Origin: Schizochytrium sp. TIO01
Taxonomy: Eukaryota > Protista > Bigyra: Labyrinthulomycetes
Direction: 5' to 3'
DNA: 64,000 bases
Assembly (NCBI GenBank): GCA_004764695.1
Contig: SMSO01000007.1
Coordinates: forward strand, 2,487,270-2,551,269
Below the pieces are notes generated by a model, which did not search any database, was not told where the DNA came from, and worked only from the letters and a program-made list of their open reading frames with translations. The translations under genes were made by a program, and so were the position numbers. Below, piece after piece: positions 1 through 13,629 of this stretch. Each line of letters opens with the position of its first letter. Position 1 is the stretch's first letter.

Positions 1-314
1 GTAAACACGTGGAGAAGGGTCTCTAACATGTTTCGCCATTGCAAGAATGTCGCCGCCTTCGCACCATGACATTGTTAGAATGCCTTGTCAAAAGAGAGAG
101 TAGAGAAAATGAACATTTGCAACTTGTTCTCTGTTTAAAAATACTAAGCTTTTGGGTCCGTCTTGCGAGACTAGCACATACATTGCAAGCTGACTACATG
201 GGTCGTAAGAGATTACTTGCTTGTTTGTTTGTTTGGGGTCGTTTGTTTGCAGGAAAATATCAGCATGAGCATCTGTCAATCAAAGTCTTTCACGCCTCGA
301 AAACGGCAACGGCA

Positions 315-1766
315 TCAGGGAAATGGTTTGTCTTTCGCATCGTTGCGCCAGCAGCCACGGGTAGCCGTACAAATTTGTAAAATTTTGGCGGCACCAGGCG
401 TTGCATAGTGTTTCTCCCATGAAGCCTCGGAAACGGGCCAAAATGTGCGTGCATCGTTCTTTGACCAGCAAATCTGCTCCGGGTCACACTTGAAAGAATA
501 CGGCTTGAAGAACGGATCCGTTGAGTCTCTATTCATGATCTGAACCCGCTCCTCAAAGAGTTTTACAGCGTACTGGTAGAGCTCAATGTCGTACTTGTTG
601 TGCTCCTCCAAGGCGCGACGCGCAGTGTCGCTGAGCTCCTTGGAGTATTCATTTAAGTTAAAGGTCGGCGTGTACGTAACGAAATCGGTTCCGTACACGT
701 ATGAGAAGAGCTGCCAGGACTCTTGCATTTGCTCAATAATGTAGAACCAGCTGATGCTCGCCAAACGGGCTTTGGCAACCTCGAGTTGCTCCGGTGTGTC
801 ATCAGGATACTCGGGAGCGAGATACCTTACATGGAGGTTAAAGGATGGACTGCAGCGCTCGCGCTCCTCGAGAGGAAGGCGTGCCCACTCTTCGATGGTG
901 AAGTCTGGGTCCAACATACGTTTGCTTCCCACCGACTTATCATAGCAAGAGAAGTGCTGAAAAAGACCATGGGACTTCTTCTTGCCATACTTTGGATTTG
1001 AAATCGTCCGACCTGTCATGGCGTAGAATGCCGAGACCATCCTTGAGACCGGGTCACGCATGCCAAACATCCATCGGAGACACGTTTTATCCGAGGTGGA
1101 CTCCAAGCTGCTGGCCTCTAGCTCCTTACCACTGTTGTTCCAGCCGAACTTGACAGCGAGCTGCGTGTACGATCGATGCGAGTCAGTTAACTTGAACTTG
1201 TGTGTGCGCGAGCGAGGGCCCTGGTAGAGATATTTCTCTCGAGGAAAAACTCTAGACCGGGCGTCTGGCGCAAAGGTGGCTTCCATGGAGCGACCGCCAG
1301 CCTTGTTGACATGAGGAAAGATAAAGTGGATGATTGATCCCTCTGGGCATCGGTTCTTGATGCCGTCTCGCACGCCGCTGAGCTTTTGGAGCGTCAGTAA
1401 ATCGGACTTGATATTCGTGGCGGTGCCTGCCTTCTCGGCGTCTTCGGTGTATTCAGTGTTTTCGTTGCTCTCCGTCACGATCTCCACGGAAGAGAGGTAG
1501 CCTTGCATGCTCGGGGTGATGCTGTCCATCGAAGTAGATGGGCCCATGAACCAGACGACGATCACCGTGGCCACGACGAGCAGCGCTGCGAGGAAGCAAG
1601 TCTCTTGACTCTGGCTCTGGCTGGGAGCCTTCTCCTTGTCATCATCGTCCGTCCACGCTTCATAGCTCGCGCTGCCCGCTCGTGTCGGAGACTCCACGCC
1701 GCACACACTCGCCTCGTCCCTCGCCGCAACTCCAACGCCAGCAACAACCTTTCTGAAGGCCTCCAT
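315..1766 (-). CDS. Golgi type II membrane sulfotransferase (Sulfotransfer_2 / Gal-3-O-sulfotransferase-like), ~483 aa
   Basis: Single ORF. The track starts it at TTG 1793, but the first ATG is at 1766 (MEAFRKVV). It has an N-terminal TM helix (CFLAALLVVATVIVVWFM), a 5'-PSB motif (FPHVNKAGGRS), a 3'-PB motif (MRDPVSRMVSAFY) and a C-terminal NKYDIELYQYA motif, all typical of PAPS-dependent carbohydrate sulfotransferases. Confidence 0.85.
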   Translation of the reverse strand: MEAFRKVVAGVGVAARDEASVCGVESPTRAGSASYEAWTDDDDKEKAPSQSQSQETCFLAALLVVATVIVVWFMGPSTSMDSITPSMQGYLSSVEIVTESNENTEYTEDAEKAGTATNIKSDLLTLQKLSGVRDGIKNRCPEGSIIHFIFPHVNKAGGRSMEATFAPDARSRVFPREKYLYQGPRSRTHKFKLTDSHRSYTQLAVKFGWNNSGKELEASSLESTSDKTCLRWMFGMRDPVSRMVSAFYAMTGRTISNPKYGKKKSHGLFQHFSCYDKSVGSKRMLDPDFTIEEWARLPLEERERCSPSFNLHVRYLAPEYPDDTPEQLEVAKARLASISWFYIIEQMQESWQLFSYVYGTDFVTYTPTFNLNEYSKELSDTARRALEEHNKYDIELYQYAVKLFEERVQIMNRDSTDPFFKPYSFKCDPEQICWSKNDARTFWPVSEASWEKHYATPGAAKILQICTATRGCWRNDAKDKPFP

Positions 1767-2205
1767 CCTCCACTGCTGCGGCCGCCCTTGCAACTTCTTT
1801 GCGTGTCTGTCTCGCCATCCCGCGATCCCGCGCCGGTTGCAACTCCTCCTCGCGCTTGTCCACCTCCAGCGCTCTCAACTATAGCCAGCCCAGCCTACTA
1901 CTTTCCAAAACGCTCTTAAATCTGAGGGCTCTGCTTTTTCCTTAGAAAAATATATGACGCTCTCTTTGTCCCACAGATAGGTACCAGTACCATGAACTAT
2001 AAACCATTTATCGAGTTCTTCAATGTTCGCCAATTAGGAGGTAAGGTGTGTACAAAAACCCTGAAGTGACTTATACGTACCCAAACCTTACCCCTTATTG
2101 ATCGCAGCGAGTTCGTTCCACTCGACTTGGGCCAAACAGCGGCGGTGCACACCCGAAAGCCGCCTCCGCTGGGCAGACCGTGCAGCCGCAGCGCGATGCT
2201 GCCTT

Positions 2206-2300
2206 CGATCGATCGATCGATCGAGCGAGCGAGCGAGCGGAGAAGAATAAGAATAAGAATAAGAATAGTAAATAATAAATAGTAAATAAGAATAAGAATA
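2206..2300. repeat. Compound microsatellite (GATC)n-(GAGC)n-(AATAAG)n
   Basis: Tandem units read directly: tcgatcgatcgatcgatcga, gagcgagcgagcgagc, then gaataa repeats. Confidence 0.9.
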
Positions 2301-5300
2301 AGAAGAGGTCAAGATCTCAGGAGAGCTCCTGCAAAAAGCAGGAAACAATCGATCCCCGTGGAATTCTTCTAAAGAAACAAAGAGAGACAATGCACTCTCA
2401 CTCACTCACTCACTCACTTCCTGTCAGGTTTCTCTCGTGGAAACTGCTCTCTGAAAAGAAACAAGGTGAACGAACCCATGGCAGTAAACGGTAGCTCCAA
2501 GAAAGACAAACGCGAGTTCATCAGCCACAACAAACAGCAACCACTCATGATATATCATGCATGCATGCTCGAGAGCTACGATCATCTCAAATGGAAAGAT
2601 AGATACATCATGAGAAAAAAGGGGCCGAGCTTCTCCCTTTCCGAAAACAGGCGAAGAAAACCATCACCAACAGGACGGGCCGGGTGTGTCTCCCGAAAGG
2701 GCGCGTCGCCCCACAGTGGGGGTGCCTTCCTCTGCGGACCACTGGCTCGGTTCGGCTCCTCTGGTTGTGAGGGGCCTGTGCTTGCGAGACTTGGCTGTCC
2801 ACTGGAGCTCGACAGAGTCAGCACGTGCAAGTTCAGGGGCCTTTCGAAGTTTTGCCGTTTCTCGGCAGTTAATATTCAGCGCTGGATACTTGCAGTGGCG
2901 GAAGAGGGAATGCAGTTTTTCCGGGAGGAGGGGTCGTGCTGATAAATTGGCTTCTTTCCAGAAGATTTTGGCTGTCCCTCTCCCGCACTCTCTCGGCCCC
3001 TCACCCTCTCTCGGCGCTAGTGGAGAAGTGGGAGAAGGAAAGACCCAAGAAAAGCTAAGGAAAAGGTACGTGAGAAGAAGGGGACCGCTAGTGCTGTCAT
3101 ACGCATACGCATAGTAAGCTAGCTAGCTACCTACATGATCTTTATGTTCCAAAGAGAGATTTAAGAAAGGGGGAGATCAACAACAGTCAGCAGAAAGACA
3201 GAGAGAAGCTTGGTTTGGTATGTTTGTTTGTTTGTGTGTTTATCATCCATCTTCTTTTCCGAGATGCCTCCTGTTATTGGTGTCGTCGCTCCCTCTACTC
3301 GGCCCTGAGCTGCCGCTGGTTCAGACGGTGACCGGCTTCGTCAGCAGCGGCGCCGCCGATGCCTAGGCTTCTTCTTTCTCTCTGGTGCTGCATTTCTGGG
3401 AGGCTAGTTTTCTGCTATTGAACATATAACTAGCTATAGCTAGAAGAAAAACTCCAAAGAAGTTTAATTTTTAAAAACAAGCAGTTACTTGCGCTACCTT
3501 AGGGTACCTTCCTACCTACATCGCTGTAAAAGCAGAAGGGGTGCGTGGACGAGTGAAAAGACGGGAAGGAGCCTTTTCTATGGGCATCTTGTACCACTAA
3601 AGTGATTTCTTACTGTAAAAAGTATTATTTTCGTTGGAATATAATGGACGACTGAGGCTCTGCCTAAAGGCACCATGTAAAATGTTTACACAAGTGAAAT
3701 GAAATGACATAAAACGTTTTTTTTTTTTTTTTTTAAATAAAAAATATTTAAACCCCAAAAGAAACAATCTCGGTAAAGTTATTTGATCGTCGTGTTCTGT
3801 TTTGATTTCCTTTAAAGAGAAACGTGTTAAAAGAAAGCAAAAAGTTTTTAGTTTTAAAATGCAGATGTTTTCCCGATGTTCTTAAGAAGGCCGGAGAAAT
3901 TATTATACTTGAGGTGAGGTTAAAAGGTTGAAAAGAAAATGCTTTTATTTTCACCCTTGCTTTTTTTTTTTTCTTTTTTCGGAGGTTAGTCCTGGAAGAA
4001 AGGAGAAAGAAACACACTCAATCCATCAAACAAAACAGCCCTCCAGTGACACACACATAGAGAGGCATTATCTCCATAATATACACCACTCCCATCAATA
4101 AACCAAACCATATATGTGTATATCTATTAGTTTTTATTTTTCCGAAATAAACAACATTAAAAACAATAGCAGCAGACCTGTGTCTGTCGTACACGAGCAA
4201 TTTTCTGCGTATAATAACCAAAAATGTACTTCTCCCCCGAAAATGCTGCTCCTTCTGCCTCTTCTTGTTTCCTCAAAATGTAATTGAATTAAAAAAACCA
4301 AACCTTTCCAAACAGACGAAAACAAACTAAACACATTCTTCATTCCTGGAAGCAGTGAGGAAGGCCTCTCTGCTCAAGTGGCGAAACGAGAAGAGTGAGA
4401 GAGCAGGAAGCGCGCCCGCCTACCCTTTACTCTAGCAGACCCTAGGCGGGGTAACTGTAGCACCTGGAAGTCTGTCCCCTCTGCTTGTTTTCGTAGTGGC
4501 AGTGGTAGCAGTCACAAATCAGTGCTTTCGACTTCTGCCAGTTTTTCATCCGTTCGCTGACCCTGTTCGACGACGAGCTCCCATCGTTTCCTGGTCTGTC
4601 TTCCACGAAGACGGGAAACTAACTCGCTCGCTCGCTCGCTCACGAACTGCTTTCTCCTCCAAAGTCACCGCATCGCATCCGTTTCGAGCAGAGTTCGAGC
4701 GTTTGCTTGATTGAGCCAATTCAAGTTCAACCAGCTTCTTCATCCATCTTCAGAACGATGCAGTGAGCACGTGAGAGTGAGGGAGTGAGTTAGTGGGACA
4801 TAGCAGTACATAGCAGTACATAGGTACCAGGATTCTGGCGCCTAATCAATTAATTAGAATTGAAGGAGTTTGTTGCTCTTGAAAGGAATGCGATGCGATG
4901 CGGTGCTGGCGTGCTCTGAGCAGCGAGGTGTGGCCACGCCACGTCCAGCGCAGGGCGAAGCGGCGTTTGTTGCAGGATAACAGGCGGTGTCTCGGCTTGG
5001 TGCTGAGCGAATGGTTTTTTGCTGGCTTCTGAAAACAACAACTCAGCAGTTCCTACGAAAAAGGATCCATCATCATGGCTGTGAGTTTGATGAGAAGACG
5101 GGACTTTAAGAGGAAAACAACAACTGAGTTCGAGCGAACTGTTCGATCGATGCATCGATAGTCTTGGCTTCATCTCTCGCTCGCCTGCCTTGAACCAGGG
5201 ATTGAATCGAGGACTCGTCTGGACACGCCTCGGCCTGCTCTGCTCCCCTAAAATAAGATGAAAGTCAATTACGTAAACCTGCGTGAACGATTCTGATTGC

Positions 5301-8300
5301 GTGTGGAAAAGCACGAACGGAGAAGGCGGGATCTTTTGCACAGGTGAGGCGAAAATATTGAACTACAGAAGTAGTAACATTAGTAGTAGAAGTAAGAGTA
5401 AAGTATTAATGTGCAAAATCAATCTCGCATGCAATTTTGACAGACAAAAAGTATCCTGAGAGGAGGGCTTCTTTTCGAGGGTACCTACACACAACTTTAG
5501 GAGGGAAAGAAAATAGTGAACATCTTTTTAGAGCGCAGAGGCGGCGGAAAAGGTCTCTTCAAAGAGTGTTTATGATATTCGAAGGCCATCTTGACCAGGT
5601 CACATAGTTCGCATCAAAAAAAGCGTTATCTTCACCAAGAATCGAGCACAATGCTCATCTGTTACACGGGGAGATATACATGATCCTTCGTCACATCCCG
5701 GAGCTGCACAAATCGAATGCCACGCGTGTGCATGCAAAAATGGCTCTGCACCTTGCAATCTTCAAGAGCACTTCGAATGAAAAAAAAGAAAGGAATCTCT
5801 TTAAAGTAAAGCATCACTATGGAAGAAGAAGAAGAATAAGAAGAAAGACTTTCGCCAACTTTGGTGTCGTGCTTCTGTAAGTTTCCCACAACCCGTGTAT
5901 GTAACAGGAATATAAAGAGTGAGAAGATGACAAAAGAAAGAGGGATCCGCGGGAACATGCCAAGACATTTGTTTTTAACTTAAAAAGAAATATTGTTTTT
6001 ACAATAATATGAATAAAAACAGAACCTTGAACATAGGAGAGAAGATCGTCTAACTAAGTTGCCATTGGTGTGTTTATAAAGGTTGGTTTCTTGCTGAATT
6101 CCGAGCCACCGTTAACTCAGCATAGTTCCCGGTTGTCTGATAAGGAGTGATGGTGTGTAGAAGTAGTACTAGTAACACCCCACTTCATCTATACATACCA
6201 GTTGAGGTGCACCGAGAAATGCAGCAGGTTGAGTCTGCATAACGTATGCCTCCTGACAATGTAAGAATTGGCATTGCAAAAGCTTTTAGAGCCAAATTAT
6301 ACTGTTGGGTGGTAAAATTATGAAGGGTAAGAGTTGCAAAACACAGATCCGAGAGCACGTCTTGGGGAAGTATTAGCGGTTCACTTTTTTTTTTTTCCAT
6401 TTCCTTTGTTGGATAGTAGGGATTCTAAAATCAAGTTTTTTGTACGTTTCAAGGTTCGCTAAAAAAGTAAATACAGAAACCTTGCAGAATAGTTAACCCA
6501 ATCTACAAGTTGATCCATAAGTGTTTTAAATTTATTTTCGTTTTCCTTTTCTTCGTTTATTTATAAGGAATTACCGTTTCGCTACTTTGTTTTCAGCAAA
6601 ACACGAAAACGAGAACTTCTGCTGATACCTACACTTACTTCTGCTGTTACCTTTATTTAAAAAATAATGTGGTGCATTTTATGCAAAAGGTGGGCGATTC
6701 CCAGCCTCAAATGTGCGGCGATAAGATCTCGTGGTAGCAAAGGCACTTCAAATTGTACAACTGTCATAAATGAATAGTAGGTACTACCTTACTTCTACCA
6801 TGGCTAAGATTGCCTAGCTTACTTTAATGAAGTCTCTCAAAATATTTTTTAAAAATTAAAAGAAAAAATATGGGTCAGCATGCAATAGGTCGAATAAGGT
6901 GGGGCAAGAGTCAGAGGGGTGTGCCTTTTCAGTTTACAAGGACAGCAGAGATTAGTTTTTCTTCTTCTTCTTCTTCTTCTTCCAGCGACTTGATCAATGT
7001 ACTACCATCGTTGAGGATCAGGATGGATGAATGTATGATCTGAGGTTTCTTAGTTCATCAATATCGTCCCGAGTTTATTAACGGTGCCTCCAAAGCGTCG
7101 GAAATCCTAGTCTTCCTGACCCCCCTCCCCACCAATTCCGCGAAAAGAGAAGCATAGTTCAAGTGCATTCCCAAGTTTTCTAATTCACTTTGCTGCATTT
7201 TTCGACAAATTAAGGCATACTGCATACCTAGTGGCCATTTGCAGGCAAGACAGTTGAGATTCTTGGCCCCGCAACACCTTGAAGGAAACGGTTTGGTACC
7301 TGGTGGCAGCGACCTTGCAGTGGGGCAAGCTGGCTAGTATCGGCCCCATCAAATAAATTCTATTATCTGGAGGTTCCGACTTTTCCTGACTAATACAGAC
7401 ATCCGAGTTTGTACGCAGCACGTACGTACACCCCTCCGCTGTTAGTGGCCCTGCCGTTGTCCAGGCGTTTTCAAGTTATGGAGTCATAACGGCAGAGCGC
7501 GCAATTCCATTGAATGAAGGAAGTGGAGAAGCTTGAAATTTACCTTGAGAATTCACAAAAAAATCATGAAGGCTAAATATTCGAGGGCCTCCGCGGTCTG
7601 GAATGGCCTTGATAATTCATAAATTTCTTATGGGGGCCGAATTCAAGGCCCGCAAGAGTTTGGAAACGTACCTACCACCGTCGTGGCGAGAGGCCAAATA
7701 AAATTATCATTTATATAGTGAATGGGGCACTCAGTGAGAGGGCGCTCCATTATTGGCACACACCGGAGCGTAAAAACCGAAATATGGCGCCAGCCCCAAG
7801 TCTCGAGAACCTGCGAAATAACCGCTTCGTTGAACTGTAGAGGGGGCTCAACCATGATGATCATCAGCAACAATAACAACACTAAATCCCACAAGGTCAG
7901 CCCAAACAAGAAAGTGAATTTGGCCTCAACTAAGAGAAGAAGAAGAAGAAGCGAATTTAGCCAAAACGAGGCAAGGCAATCATGAAAGAAAGAAACGGTT
8001 TCCCTTCCTCTTCCTCTTGTTCGTCTCCTTCTTCTTCTTTCAGCCGGGACTTGGGCTTTTGCTGCTCGCTCGCTCGCATGACCGTTTTACTTTACCTGGC
8101 GCAGGAATTACTTGGCAATCTTCGCCAGCAAGTTGGGGCTTGCTTCCTTTCGCTCCAACTTGCAACGCGTGCGCGGTTTCATGCCCCAGGTGCCTCGTGG
8201 GGCACAGTAAAACGGGGCTCGCTGCATGCTCCGCTGTAAGGCCCACCTCGCTTTCAGTGGCCGAGTGCTATGGTATGCCCTATCCAGACCTTACCGTTGA

Positions 8301-11139
8301 GTAACCGGATTTCTTTCCCAAGTACCCGTAGAACTGCCGAGAAGGCAGAGAGGAAAGGAGCAGACCAGTCACTCGACTACTCACCTCTCGACCCGCCAGC
8401 ATTGCAGGCAAGGGTGCTGCCTCCTAAGTTCCTTCTCCAGCCCGCCTTTTGTTTGTCTCTTAGTTTCTTTGTTTGTCTGGGCTGCGCCGCAAAGCGCTCG
8501 GTCGGCCGGTTCTTGGCTTCGTGTGATTGATTGATCGATCGATCGATCGATTCCCATTTTCGATGATACTTTTTCTCTTTTTTTTCTTTTAATTAAAAGA
8601 CATTTTAGCAAAAGCAATTCTATAAACCTAAACTAAACTAAACTATTTAAATGTGCCCCTAAAATAGATAATAAGAAGGAATCAAAGACGCCTCAACCTT
8701 ATGAACCAATGCGCTGATCGCTCAGAGCTTGCGCCGAAAGGGCCCAAACCAAACGGCCGATCCTGAAGGGGAAAACCGAAGCCAGAGCCCGAGTGCTGGA
8801 CTGCCGAGCTCGCTGGCCTCCGAGTTCTCTGCGTCTACCTCCTCACTCAGAGAGAGTGGTGTTCCAAGGCAGGCAGGCAGGCAGGCATCCATCCATCGTA
8901 ACTCTTGGTCTTCTCCTTCTCCTTCTCCTTCTTCTCGCTCGCTGAAGCATTGCGATCCCTTTCTGAATGCGCTCCGGTCAGCGGCCAAATGGAGGGCGCC
9001 TTCTTCTTCTTCCTCAGTCTGTCAACTAACACCCAAAGGCCAAGAAACTAGTTCTCGCTGTACCTGCTGTTACGCGAATGAATAGATGAAGAACTTCGTT
9101 TCCTTCGTTCAAGAGAAACGCAAGCTGAGTTCGGCCGTGGGAATCATCATCATCAAGAGTCTCTCCTCTTTTCGGTCCAGTCAGTCAGTCAGTCAGAAAC
9201 TAAGTCGCGGCAGCAGATTCTTCAAATCGGCCACGCTTTTTTCATCAAGAGCTCGCGAGTTCGTTCATCCATACATCTTAGATTCCGGTAATCCGTTCGT
9301 CTCTCTATATATATGGCGGCGCGAAGACTTCGAGTTTCTTTGGATGAAGAGAGTATGAGTTGAAACTTTTAAAAAGTGAAGAAGAAAGAAAAAGAGGACT
9401 CGGGGAGTTCTTGGGTCCTTAAGGCCTCTTCCTAGCGAGGGCCTAGGGTAACGTCTAGCAGGCAAACCGGCCAAGAATCCGCGATAACTCAGCAGGCTTT
9501 CGAGATCAGTAGCACTCTCTCTCACCTTGCTCACAAATTTAAACAGACAACAGATAGACTGACAGACGAACTCACACTCAAACTCAAACACGAACTTGAA
9601 CTCGAACTCGAAACAAGACGAAACGAAGCCAAGGAAAGGTGGAATTTCGATTGGAATAACTTTCTTTCAATTCGCTCCAAAGTCAGGCCTCAGATTCGAT
9701 CGAGTGAATGAAGAATTAAAGCTCAACTTTCAAATCTTGGACCAGGGAAGAAAGCAAACAAAGAAAGAAACAACAGACAAAATAAACAAACACCACCACC
9801 AACTACAAGAACAACAATAAGAACGCTCGCTGCCAGTGGGACAGCTGGCAATGGTCGATTTCAATTAAAATAGCCAAGATGAACTTTCCCTTCCCCGCCG
9901 CCGACGGATTTCAAGAAACATATACCTGAGAAGCTAGTCGGGCACTAAGTGAAGGCGGCCAAGAAAAGCAAAAGCTTTCAATGATCGGTTGGTCGATTCT
10001 GTCCCAACGAGCTTTGAAAAGAGAGCCTCTACCATATTCAAGTTGTACAGCATTTTCTCTTACCGAGTTTATTATCGTCAATTAAAAACCAAAACAAAAA
10101 AATGATTTTTGTTTTTCTTTTAAAATCAAAATTTAGAAAAGTATACTTCGCTGCATTTCTAAAATTCCATTTAAAATTATGTTTTCTAACTAATTTCTTC
10201 AAAATAAACGCGTACTAACATTAGTTAACAGTAGAAAGCAGAAAAGTTCTGAGCCTTCTCGAGTAGGAAATATGTTGGGTTCCTTGGGCCGTTTTCGCTG
10301 TCTCCTGAGGCCTGAATTCATTCCTTTTCTCGATTACAACAGCGAATCGAAGCGAAGAATCGAATCGAGCCAAGAGGCGTCTGGGCAGACGCCGCAGCGT
10401 GCTCTGCCTCGAAAGGCGCTTGCATCCGGCACACTGCCTAAGCGAAGCCTCCGGAGGATGCCGTCGCGAAAAATAAATTGGATCCGGGCCTCTCCATATC
10501 TACACATCTAAACGTATGTATACGCGTCCATTCCTGCGAGTGCATGTTTTTAGTTTTTATAGAATAGGAGATAGCTCAACAAATTCGATTGTAAACGTGG
10601 TCCTGATCGACGGCCAGAACGAACTCAAAAAATTAATCACATTCTACGCGTTAATTGCTTGGCCATTCGCATCGGCCACAACTGATTCCTTCATTTATTT
10701 ATTTATTTATTTATTCATTCATTCATTCATTCAAAGATATAAGTGCATGCATATATGCATTGCGAGAAGCAGAGAACTAAAGAATGAGAGTGAGTGCGTG
10801 AACGAATGAATGAGTGAGTGAGCGAAAAGAAGGCCAAAAGAATCGTGAGTGAGTCTTTGGCGGGAACTCGTTTTGTTCTTTCCGGCTAAGAAGATGGCGT
10901 GAGAACTTGGCGCCCGCAGGTTCATACCTGCTCTGTGGACGATCCGGACAGCTTGAACGCTGAGAGCTGAAAACCGCGGAGGAGATCAGATCGAGGCTCG
11001 CAAAGCGCGCTCTTCAGGCTTAGGGGTTGGTGGCCCTCAATCACCTCATCACCAACGTACGAAGCGCAAGCGACCGCAGCGTCGTCAGGAACTATTCTAA
11101 GGATCGAGTTGCTCAATTTTGAACGTACCTATTGGCTTC

Positions 11140-11140
11140 T

Positions 11141-11224
<84 letters not shown>
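11140..11224. repeat. (TTTC)n microsatellite, ~21 copies
   Basis: Perfect tandem TTTC tract. Confidence 0.97.
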
Positions 11225-12491
11225 TTAAGTTTTGTTCTTTTTCATGTTATTTCATTTTATTTAGAATAAAAATAAATTAAATTAAGTTCTTATGGTGTTT
11301 TTGGTTGAATGAGAAGGAAGTTTAGGTTAGGCTCGCCACTTCAAAAACGAAGCGACAGCGTTTCTTCAAGGCAAGACGCAGGGCAGGTACTGCAGAGATC
11401 CTTGCTCGGCACGCAGCTTGACTTTAAGTCAGGGCTTTTGCGAGAGAGGTCACGGGAAGGGGAAAAGGAGGTTTGCAGTATTCATATTACATTCTTGAGG
11501 CTTGGGAGGCAATTCCTTGTTGTTTAGTTAGTTATTTGTCTCATTCCATTTCATTTCGTTTCGTTTCGTTTCATTTTATTTCATTTTATTTTATTTCATT
11601 CTATTCTATTTTATTCTATTTATCTATTATGTAGAGAGGGAGGGCTGATGCATGCGTGATCTATCTTTATGGCGCCATCACTTCTGTAGGTACGGCCAGA
11701 AAACTCAAACGATTGCACTCCACGCAGTAGTAAGTGGCATTTTGAAAGTGTAGGTCGCCGTCCATAGTTGTATTAAATTATAGTAAAGTAGATAAAATAA
11801 AACCAGGACGCAGCAGCAGATCCACCAAGCAAACAAGAGTGCATGATCCGTGATGAAAAGAAAGAACCGCGGGAAAGGGAGTCGATTGATTGATTCATTG
11901 GTTGGTTGATTGGTTGGTTGGTCAGTTGATTCCAGCGATTGCGAATAGACCCTCGCCATGTTCAATCCTTTCAAGAAATCAGGACCTTTCCACAACACCA
12001 CAATTATTTCGTAAACCCGAGTACAGCACAGCAACACAAAAGACAGCAACTACAACAACAAAAGTGAAGAAGAACCCTACGACTCTTAGCAGGCGCCTAC
12101 CCAGATCATCCTGAGGGACCCTTCTTCTTCCGCTTTCTCGAGAACGAAGGTCTTAGAGCAAGGAAAGAAAAAGAAAATAAGAAAATCACGAGATACAGAG
12201 GCAACAAGGGCCGCCGGTCGGGACACATGGGGATCGTCCAGCCAGGCCAGGCACCAAGAAAGAAGAAGGAAGAGGCCTCTTCCAGCTTCCTGCGAGCCTG
12301 CAAGGACACTCGGTCCTGGCCTCTGATGAGAGGCCGCGAGCCGCGTGAGGCAATCATTGCACAGGGCTTAGGTTGGCTTCTTCTTGGCGAGAGAAGAAGT
12401 TGTTTTGATTTCGTGACATATATTCATTCAATGCTTCTTCTTTCATCATGATTCCTGTTGGAATTAGGAAAGAAGAGAGAACGATTCGTTT

Positions 12492-12737
12492 TGGATCCCT
12501 GCCTACGTTGCTGAGGATCTCGAAGAAGCTCTGCAAATGCAGGGGATGGCGCATGCACGCACGAGTCAAATGACATTCGTTCGTGTCAGCGCTCGATTGC
12601 ATGGCGACGCTTAATTCATTACATGCAGATCGTGCCACGCAGTTTGAGCTGGTTGGGACCTGGCGTTGATGGCAGACACGAACAAGATCAATTATGTCAA
12701 GGTTGAAGATATTGTTGAAAGCTTTCCTTCTTCTTAA
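12492..12737 (+). pseudogene. Possible decayed coding relic with a CxxC...GW motif
   Basis: One frame reads WIPAYVAEDLEEALQMQGMAHARTSQMTFVRVSARLHGDA*FITCRSCHAV*AGWDLALMADTNKINYVKVEDIVESFPSS*. The composition is protein-like, there are two internal stops, and the stretch lacks microsatellites. Confidence 0.25.
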
Positions 12738-13597
12738 AAAAGCAAAAGAAGAAAGAAATGCATTGTAATTTTGCGATGCCGAGTGAACGAAACAGAGCTG
12801 ACTTTGATTGATTGCCTCATGACTCATCTTTGCCTCCTATAGCTTGGAGAAGATCACGCCACAGGAGCACGGCAACAAGCTAGTGATGAAAAATTTCAAG
12901 ATGTTGCTTTCATGACCCAAGAGAATTCCCGGTAACTGGGTAGCGAGAAGCCAGCAAAATTGTCTCATGTAGATGACAGAACTTCGAATTCCAGTGACTA
13001 AAATGCCCCAAAGGTAATCTTGCAAAGCTGCGAGTGTGCCACGACCATCGGAGTCAGCGGTTTCTTTCCGCACCACATTTTTTTCTAAAGAATATTTACA
13101 TACATATACCTTTGGTGGTTTTAATCAATATAATTGTTCAGTGTGCGAGAGTTGGGCAAAATGCCTCTCGGTCTGCCGAAAGTTCATGGCAAAAAAAAGA
13201 AAAAAGCAATCTCGCAAGCTTCAAACATGGCAACAACTCTAATTTCTTCGTTGAGATTTTTTAATTTAATTTAAGCATTATACTTGTTTTCTTACAGGGT
13301 GGTCTAAAGTACGAGTCAGTGCGGCTGTGGTACCAGTGAAGCCAACCAACGTTAAACGCCAGACTGTTCATCCTCAATCGCGAACGAAAGAAGAAGTCAG
13401 CATTTGCACAACTATTTTGCTATACTGCTGAGCTGTGACCGCCTGTCCGTCGAGCATCTCCTCCTCCTCCTCTTGTTCACACTCCCTTCGCTTTCCATGT
13501 CGAAGTTGGAGGTCAGAGGTTGGTACAGTCTGTGGTGTGCTTCTGTTTTGACAAAATGTTTGACAGCTTCCCATTTCGACCCCAGAAGATGTCCGGT

Positions 13598-13599
<2 letters not shown>

Positions 13600-13627
<28 letters not shown>
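13600..13627. repeat. (GCAA)n microsatellite
   Basis: Tandem agca/gcaa units. The reverse-complement (GCTT)n tract occurs at ~18151-18182. Confidence 0.9.

Positions 13628-13629
<2 letters not shown>

Noticed and set aside
2466-3114. 158-aa and 142-aa ORFs upstream of the sulfotransferase
   Set aside because: Non-ATG track starts, a GC-rich promoter-like patch, and no recognisable protein features.
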